From assembly GCF_000179635.2 (NCBI RefSeq), contig NC_014833.1:960001-992000 (forward strand): a stretch of DNA of 32,000 nucleotides. Direction: 5' to 3'. Positions 7,989 to 16,600 of this stretch are shown one piece after another. The stretch is from Ruminococcus albus 7 = DSM 20455 (GTDB taxonomy: Bacteria > Bacillota > Clostridia > Oscillospirales > Ruminococcaceae). The translations under genes and the position numbers were made by a program. How positions within the stretch are numbered: position 1 is the stretch's first letter; each line of letters starts with the position of its first letter. Under the pieces are notes generated by a model, which did no database searches, was not told the origin of the DNA, and was given only the letters and a program-made list of their open reading frames with translations.

Positions 7989-9013
7989 AAAATATTATCC
8001 GTAATACTGTGCTGATCTTTCGGAAGAATAAGGAGTTTATCTATCTTATTACGATTCAGCCGGTCATGATCTTTCTGCTGATGTCCTTTCTGCTGCCGTA
8101 TTCCACAGCGCACAATATCGCTGTCATAAATACAGACGGCGGTGCGGCGAGCGCTGCGATAGAGGAATCTGTAAAACGTCTGGAGGGTGTAGAATTTCAG
8201 AACGTTAAGTTGGAGGATGCTGCAGAAAAACTGCTTTCCTCTAATATTGAACTGGCGGTGGTTATACGTGAGGGTACTGATGCTGATGATCCACAGGTAG
8301 AGATAATGAGCCTTGGAAATTCCGAAGTCGAACGTTCTGTGACGCTTTGTGTGGAGCAGGCACGTGAAGAAAATCCTGACAGCAGTTTGACAGAAGTCAA
8401 TTCTGTTAAAAAGAAGGGCATGACAGTTGCTAATTCTCTGGGATTCATGATCTTCAAGACGCTGACGTCTGCGAATCTGCTGGCAGCCCTTATTATTCAG
8501 GAGCGCAACCGTCGTATGCGTGACCGTATTCTTTTGAGCAAGACCACAACAGGCGTCTACCTCGGCGGTATGGCAATGGTCTATCTGTTCTTTATGATGA
8601 TCGGATCGGTAGTATATTATCTGGCAGGTCTGTTATTCCGATTTGATTTCGGTATGAGGCATTCGATCGGATTCCTGCTGGTATTGTTTACGGCTAATGT
8701 ATTATCGGTCACACTTTATCTTTTTGCATCGACACTGGTCAAGAAAGAGGATTCACTCTGGCCGCTGGCATCATTTGTGATCTTGCCTATGTCACTGTTT
8801 TCGGGCGTTCTGTTTCCGTATGAATTTATGCCGAAGGCGATGAAGGCAGTTGGTGCATTTATGCCGCAGCGATGGATCGCACACGGGATAGAGTCGATCC
8901 AGGAAACTGGTTCTATAGCAGCAGGTATCCCGGATATGGCTTTGGTGCTGGGACTTTCGGCACTCCTGTACATTGTGGCTGTTATCCGTACAAAGCGGAT
9001 CCAGCCTTCCTGA
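7985..9013 (+). CDS. ABC-2 type transporter permease (exporter subunit 2)
   Basis: 342 aa with the same topology as the previous gene (TM1 IYLITIQPVMIFLLMSFLL, soluble loop, 5 C-terminal TM helices). ATGA start/stop overlap with the upstream permease (7985-7988). GGAGGG SD at 7970-7975. Confidence 0.8.
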   Translation: MKNIIRNTVLIFRKNKEFIYLITIQPVMIFLLMSFLLPYSTAHNIAVINTDGGAASAAIEESVKRLEGVEFQNVKLEDAAEKLLSSNIELAVVIREGTDADDPQVEIMSLGNSEVERSVTLCVEQAREENPDSSLTEVNSVKKKGMTVANSLGFMIFKTLTSANLLAALIIQERNRRMRDRILLSKTTTGVYLGGMAMVYLFFMMIGSVVYYLAGLLFRFDFGMRHSIGFLLVLFTANVLSVTLYLFASTLVKKEDSLWPLASFVILPMSLFSGVLFPYEFMPKAMKAVGAFMPQRWIAHGIESIQETGSIAAGIPDMALVLGLSALLYIVAVIRTKRIQPS

Positions 9014-9056
9014 TATATTTGATAAACAAGGTTCCTATGATCGGAGGAGGTCATTA

Positions 9057-10634
9057 ATGGTTAAAGATTATGAAGCAGCAGGCTATTGGGAAAAGAAGAC
9101 CCTCTGGGACAGACTTGAGGAGTGGAAAAACAGCTATGCAGATAGATGTGCATTGGTGGATGAAGATATCCGTATCAGCTATCAGCAATTGTATGACCAC
9201 GCACTGCAGTATGCTGCAGCATTTGCGGCAGACGGTATACACGAAGGAGATACTGTTGCGGTACAGCTTCCTAATTGCGCAGCGTTTGTGGAAATGGTGT
9301 TCGGCTTGTTCCGGATAGGTGCAGTTCCTATCTTTGTTTTGCCGGCGCACCGTGAAAAAGAGATAACAGGTATTTTTAATGCGGCTTCTCCGAAGGCATA
9401 CATAACTGCGAGAACTTTTTTGGGCTTTGATTATACAGCTATGGCAGAACGAATCCTGAAAGAGCGTTCTGATCAGCAGATAAGATACTATGTTGCGGAT
9501 GAACTGCAAAACACAGCAAAGCTCGCTGATGTGACAACACTTTCCTCTGACGGACCTTGCTACAGGGATACAGCATTTCTGCTGTTATCAGGTGGAACAA
9601 CAAATACCCCTAAACTGATCCCCAGGACGCATTGTGACTATGCGTATAATTTCCGTATGGCTGCAGAGAAAAGCTGGCTGGATTCGGACAGTGTCTATCT
9701 GGTGACACTTCCGATCGAGCATAATTTCCCGTGGGGAATGCCGGGTGTACTGGGAACCCTTTCTGTAGGCGGCAAAGTAGTTATCGCCAAAACATCGAGC
9801 TTTGACGAAGTTTTTCCGCTGATAGAGGAGGAGAAGGTAACTATCACCGCAGCTGTACCGGCTGTCCTTCAGACCTGGCTGGAAGCACTGGAATGGGAAG
9901 ATTCCTATGATCTGGGATCGCTGCGACTGATCCAGGTGGGAGGTGCAAAGCTTCTCGATTCGATAGCAAGAAAAGTCAGACCTGCTTTTAATTGTACCTT
10001 ACAGCAGGTGTTTGGCATCGCTGAGGGGCTGATCACTTTTACATCTCCCGATGATACGGAGGATATAATCACCACCTGCCAGGGCAAACCGTTGAGTGAA
10101 GGCGATGAGATACGAATTGTTGATGAGCAGGAGCAGGATGTTGAAGATGGTGAATTCGGACAGCTTCTTATGAAAGGGCCTTACACTATACGCGGCTATT
10201 ACGGATGCCCTGAATTCCAATCGGATATTTTTACTGAGGACGGATTTTTCCGTACAGGTGACAAGGCGTGTATCACTAAAGAAGGGAACCTGCTGGTGGA
10301 CGGTCGTATTACTGATCAGATCAACCGCGGAGGAGAAAAGGTAATGCCCACGGAGATCGAGGAACTTCTGCTGGAGCATGAAGCTGTACAGGAAGCGATC
10401 GTTGTCCCTGTCCCTGACGAACAGTTCGGTCAGAAAAGCTTTGCTTTTCTGAAATGCAGCCGTGAAGTATCTTTTGCAGAGGTGTATGAATTTTTAAAGT
10501 CCAGAAGACTTGCAAGATACAAATATCCTGACTATATCCGCTTTTTGGACAGGATACCTCTTACCAATATGGGAAAAACCAATCGCGCAGAATTAAAGAA
10601 AATGGCAGTGGAGGACATAAATGAAAGAACTTGA
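9057..10634 (+). CDS. Aryl-acid adenylating enzyme (DhbE/EntE/YbtE family, stand-alone A domain)
   Basis: Track ORF 8973..10634. I prefer ATG 9057, 6 nt after GGAGGAGG (9043-9050). The N-terminus MVKDYEAAGYWEKKTLWDRL is typical of this family. Motifs: LLSGGTTNTPKLIPRTH (A3), HNFPWGMPG (9720-9746, specificity region), QVFGIAEG, FRTGD, GRITDQINRGGEKV (A8, family hallmark), PLTNMGKTNRAELKK (A10). Confidence 0.85.
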   Translation: MVKDYEAAGYWEKKTLWDRLEEWKNSYADRCALVDEDIRISYQQLYDHALQYAAAFAADGIHEGDTVAVQLPNCAAFVEMVFGLFRIGAVPIFVLPAHREKEITGIFNAASPKAYITARTFLGFDYTAMAERILKERSDQQIRYYVADELQNTAKLADVTTLSSDGPCYRDTAFLLLSGGTTNTPKLIPRTHCDYAYNFRMAAEKSWLDSDSVYLVTLPIEHNFPWGMPGVLGTLSVGGKVVIAKTSSFDEVFPLIEEEKVTITAAVPAVLQTWLEALEWEDSYDLGSLRLIQVGGAKLLDSIARKVRPAFNCTLQQVFGIAEGLITFTSPDDTEDIITTCQGKPLSEGDEIRIVDEQEQDVEDGEFGQLLMKGPYTIRGYYGCPEFQSDIFTEDGFFRTGDKACITKEGNLLVDGRITDQINRGGEKVMPTEIEELLLEHEAVQEAIVVPVPDEQFGQKSFAFLKCSREVSFAEVYEFLKSRRLARYKYPDYIRFLDRIPLTNMGKTNRAELKKMAVEDINERT

Positions 10635-13600
10635 AGCCAAACAATATCTGTTGGATCTGTTGCCTGCGCATACAGAGATAACTGACGACACAAACCTCAT
10701 AGAAGCAGGACTGGATTCGCTGAGTATCATGAAGCTTAACAGCATCTGGCGCAAAGCAGGTTCAAAAGTATCATTTGCAAAGCTTATCTCTGATCCGTTT
10801 TGGAGTGCCTGGAGAAGCTATCTTAACTTTGAGTCAGATACCTCATCGGCAGATCAGTCTCTACAGTCTGCATCTTCCGAGGTAAATGATCCGTCCGCTC
10901 CGTTTCCTCTTACACAAGTGCAGTATGCATACTGGGCAGGCAGACAAAAACATCAGATCCTTGGGGGATTTGGGTGTCATTGTTATGTCGAACTGGATGG
11001 TACGGATATCGACACGCAGCGTCTGGCAAAGGCATGGTCACTGCTGTTGATGCGGCATCCGATGCTGAGGGTGAGATTTTTAGATGACGGTACCCAGCAG
11101 TATATGTCTGAGCCATACAATAAGGATATTACTATATATGATCTTCGTGATTGTGATCCTGATCAGGCAGAGCAGGAATTGATTTCGATCCGTTCAGGTC
11201 TCAGTCACAGACAGTTCAGGATAGAACTTGGTGAAGTTGCGGGTCTTGGTATAGCACTCCTTCACAATAACAGACATCGTATTTTCTTTGATGTTGATCT
11301 GCTTGTGGCGGATGTGCATTCTTTCCAGATCATTCTGAATGATCTTGGCAGACTATACCGTGAACCGATAAATACCATATCTGACTTTCATTTTGGAACG
11401 TATCTCCGTAAGGAAGCAGAGCAAAATCGAAGTGCATTGGAAAATGACCGCAATTACTGGATGCAGAAGATTGATACTATGCCTCTGGCACCGGTGCTTC
11501 CGCTTGCAAAAGAGCCGTCATCGGTCAAGGATGCCTATTTTACAGCGAGAAAACACAAACTTCCGGAAAAAGTATGGAAGTGCCTTAAAGCTCAGGCATC
11601 GAAGTACGGTGTGACGCCTTCGATGGTATTGCTTTGTGTCTACGGGTTAGGTATAGCTAACTATTCGGAACAGCCTGATTTTCTGATCAATATCCCGACT
11701 TTTAATCGTAATACCGAGATCAGTGGTATCGAGGATGTTGTTGCAGATTTTACAAGACTGAGCTTGCTGCCTTTTCATAAGAAGGATGGTGAGAGTTTTG
11801 CGGAAACTGTCAGAAGAACAGCAGCAGATTTCTATGAGATCATGGAACATCCCGCATACTCAGGTGTAGAGATAATTCGAGAACTGAATAGGAAATACGG
11901 TCAGGAAATGCCTGTTGCACCTGTAGTATTTGCCTGCAATATTGAAACATCACTTACAGATCATATTGTTGAAACGACCCTTGGAACGTGGAATTATATC
12001 ATCTCTCAGACACCTCAGGTATGGCTCGATTTTCAGATGTATGAGGATCACGGTTCACTGCTGCTGAAATGGGATAGTGTACGTGAATTATTTGATCCGG
12101 AATTCCTGGATCTGATGTTTGCAGATCTGACGGCATTCCTGGAGAAAGCAGCTGAATGCGACTGGAACAGTGAGATACTGTGCAGAAGGCATGATCTGCT
12201 GCAGGTGGACATCCCACAGGATGCAAATATCTACAGCGACTATGAGATACATGAAGGATTTTTTGAAACAGCCGTAAACGATCCCGATCTGCCAGCACTT
12301 ATCAATGCTGTAACAGGTGAGGAACTGTCCTATGGACAGGCAGCAAAAGCGGCTCTCGGTATCGCACACGAACTGCAGGAGCGGGGATTCTGCGGAGAAA
12401 AGATCGCGGTCATGATGCCGCGTGGTATACGTCAGATAATTGCGATACTTGGCATAGTTGCATCAGGAAACTGTTATGTTCCTGTAAATCCGGAATATCC
12501 CCATGATAGGCAGGCGTATATTTTTGAGAAGGCTTCAATACAGTATGCGCTTACGTCAGAGATCTGCAAGGATAATATCAGCGACAAGGTGCAGGCTCTG
12601 ATCACCGATAATATCGAACCTGCCGAAGAGATCGCAGACTGGAAACACTCTTCTCCCGACAGTTCGGCATATATTATTTTTACCTCCGGTTCTACAGGTA
12701 ATCCCAAAGGAGTGGAGATCAGCCATCGCAGTGCTGTAAATACGATCCGTACGATCAATGAACAATATGGTATAGAGAAGAATGACAGGGTACTTGCTGT
12801 TTCGGCAGTGGATTTCGATCTTTCTGTATACGATATCTTCGGGACATTGAGTGCTGGAGCAGGTCTGGTCATACTTGATGATGCACATAAAAAAGATGCA
12901 TTGTTCTGGCATCAGACAGTGACACGCTTTGGTGTTACGTTCTGGAATTCTGTACCTGCTTTTGTGGAAATGCTCTGTATTGTTACCAAAGAGCAGGATC
13001 GTCCTCTGGATAGTCTGCGGCATATTCTTATGTCCGGTGACTGGATAGCTGTTGATCTTCCCGAACGCTTGCAGAAGGTTGCGCCGAATGCGAAAGTAGT
13101 ATCACTTGGCGGAGCAACAGAAGCTGCTATATGGTCGAATTTCTTCGATGTTAAGCTTCCGATCCCTTCAGGCTGGCGGTCTATTCCTTATGGAAGTGCT
13201 CTAAAGTATCAGAAATACCGTGTAGTTGATGAAAAAATGCACGATTGCCCTCCTTATAAAAAGGGAGAATTACTGATCGGCGGCATTGGTCTGGCTATTG
13301 GATATGTAGGAGATGAAAAACTCACAGCAGAACGTTTTATATACGATCAGGGTGAACGCTGGTATAGAACAGGTGACTTTGGACGTTACTGGGCAGACGG
13401 AACTATCGAATTTCTTGGCAGAAATGACGATCAGGTAAAACTTAACGGCTACAGGATCGAACTTGGCGAGATAGAACAGCATCTCAGCCGCTATAAAGGG
13501 ATCCGTGAAGCCAAAGCTGTTGTGATCACCAGAAATGCAGGTCAGAGTCTGACGGTATTTATTTGTCCTGAAAATCCTGATGATACACCCGATGAAGCTG

Positions 13601-16600
13601 AATTACGTTCTTATCTTCAGAAAAAAATACCACATTATATGATACCGAACCGCTTTGTGACCGTATCGGAATTGCCGCTGAACAGGAACGGAAAGGTCGA
13701 TGTCAAGGCTCTGAGATCTATGGAAACAGCGATCGGTGAAGAACGGAAGCTGGAATTGCCTCATCCGGGAATGGAGTCAGAAATTGCAGAGGAATGGATA
13801 GCTATTCTGCAGATCGGAAGGGTGGATAGGAATACGTCGTTCTTTGAACTGGGCGGCGATTCACTGACTGCGACATCTCTTTGTATGCGGCTCAGAAAAA
13901 AGATTGATATTGCTATACCTCTTGAAAAGATGTTTGAGTGGAAAACGATACGTCTTCAAGCGGAAGGGATCGAAAAGATGCAGAAGAGTGCTGCACAGCG
14001 TCCGGAACATCTTCCCAAGGTGGAGCATGAAGAAAAGAAACGTTTTGAGAAATTTGAATTGTCGGATATTCAGACCGCGTACTGGCTCGGGAAAACAGGT
14101 GACTATGCACTAAGCGGCATCAGTACTGTGTTCTATTATGAGCTAGAAACCGGCATATTGGAACCTGACCGCCTGCAGCAGGCACTCAGAAAACTCATTT
14201 ACCGACATGATATGATGCGCACTGTATTGATCAAAGGCGAGGCAATGCAGCAGGTACTGGCAACCGTACCTGAATATACGATACCCGTCACGGATCTGAC
14301 GGTCTCGGGTCAGACACCCGAACAACTCCGTGAGGAGATGTCACATCCTGTTTTTGATGAAAGTGTTTGGCCGCTGTTCAAGATGCATCTGGTCAGAATA
14401 TCTGAAAGTACTATGCGTCTTATGATGTGCTTTAACAATATAATCTACGATGGTTACAGTATTGCTATACTTCTGGATGAGCTGGGAACATTTTACCGTG
14501 AACCTGAACGCCCTGTGACCCGTGAATCTATAACATTCCGCGATTATCTTGAAACGATGCGAAATTGGAAACGCGGTAAGGAATATGAGGCAGACAGAGA
14601 GTACTGGATGCAACGTGCAGAAACTATGCTGCCTGCTCCCGAACTGCCTGTTGTGCAGGGATCCGATAGAATTGCAGGGGAGCGGCTTTCACATATTGAA
14701 GCACGTTTGAGTGCTGCACAGTACGAGCGTTTGCGAAGCAAGGCTGCTGCTCTGGATATTACACCGACAGCTGTGCTGCTGTCTGCTTATGGGGCAGTGC
14801 TGGCAGGCTGGAGCAAAACCAGACATTTTACCCTTAATCTGACCAGATTCAATCGTATTCCGTTCAGTGATGAGATACATCAGGTGGTTGGAGATTTTAC
14901 TTCGCTGGTGCTGGCAGATATTGACTGCAGACCTGAACTTTCCATTACAGAATTTATGCAGGAAACCCAGAAGAAACTGGCAGAAGATCTTTCACATCCC
15001 TATTACAGCGGTGTGGATGTCTTGAGGGAATATGCCAGAAGAAACGAGATAGTCGGCAAGGAAAGTATGCCGATCGTATTTACAAGCGCATTGGGATTTG
15101 CGGGAAAAGTTACCCGTGAACACGCACTTGGACGTCGTGTGTATAATTCCTCGCAGACACCGCAGGTGTGGCTGGATCATCAAGTGATGGATGATGAAAA
15201 TGAACTGATACTATCATGGGATTATGTCGAAAAACTGTTTACGAACGGCATGATCGAAGATATGTTTAATACTTATGTACAACTACTAGAAGAACTTGCA
15301 AAGGATGATGAGATATGGGATAAAAAACGCGATTATCTTCACATTCCTTATATGGAGGAACGTCAGCTTGCAAATTGTACCGATGCACCTGTTTCAGAAC
15401 TGACGTTGTTGGATCTGTTTGCACAGAATCTGCCTGACGGAGAAAAACGTATTGCGATACGTACAACGGATCGGGATCTTACCTACGGTGAAATAGATAA
15501 GATATCATCGTGTATCGCTGAAACACTGATCAACAACGGTGTGAAGCCGAATACACTGGTCGCTGTTGTTATGGACAAGGGCTGGGAACAGATCGCTGCA
15601 GCGGTTGCAGCACATAAAAGCGGTGCTGCCTACTATCCGATAGATATCAACTTCCCGTCCGAACGCATACAGGAACTTTTGGAGATGGGAGAAGTTACAG
15701 TCGTTCTTACGCAGTCGTCTGCCGTACGGAAATGGGATACCACACGGTATCTGACCATTGATGTGGATCTGGCAGACAGCAGCAGTAAGATAGAAGCGAC
15801 GGTACACGTATCACCTGATGATCTTGCCTATGTCATCTGCACATCAGGAACGACAGGAACACCCAAGGGTGTAGAGATCACGCACAGAGGCGCAGTAAAT
15901 ACGATCCTGGACGTAAATCGAAGGTTCAGTATCATCGCTCAGGACAGCACGATCGCTCTTTCAAATCTGAATTTCGATCTTTCAGTGTATGATATTTTTG
16001 GAATGTTTCAGGTCGGTGGAACTATCGTTGTTCCGGATGCCGAAAAAAGAAAAGAACCTAAGCATTGGATACACCTGATCGAAGATCTTGGAGTGACTGT
16101 CTGGAACACTGTTCCGATGTATATGGAGATGCTGGTGACATATGCTGAGAATACAGCTCCGTTTCACTGCGGGCTGCAAAAGGTTCTGCTGAGCGGAGAC
16201 TGGATCGCGCCTACTCTGCCTGACAGAATGCGAAAACTATGGGGTGATATGGATATCATTAGTCTGGGTGGCGCAACAGAAGCATCGATCTGGTCGAATT
16301 ATTATGTAACACATGGAATCTGCGGCGAAATGAGGAGCATCCCTTATGGCAGACCGCTGACGAATCAGAGATTCTATGTTTTGGATGATTGTATGCAGGA
16401 TCGTCCTGTGCTTGTACCCGGAAAGCTGTACATCGGCGGACTTGGACTTGCACGCGGCTATTGGAAACAAGCTGAGAAGACCCGTGAAAAATTTGTTGCC
16501 AATCCTGTGACGGGAGAGCGGCTGTATGATACGGGAGATATGGGACGTTACCTGCCCGGCGGAGAGATAGAATTTCTTGGAAGAAGCGATCATCAGGTAA

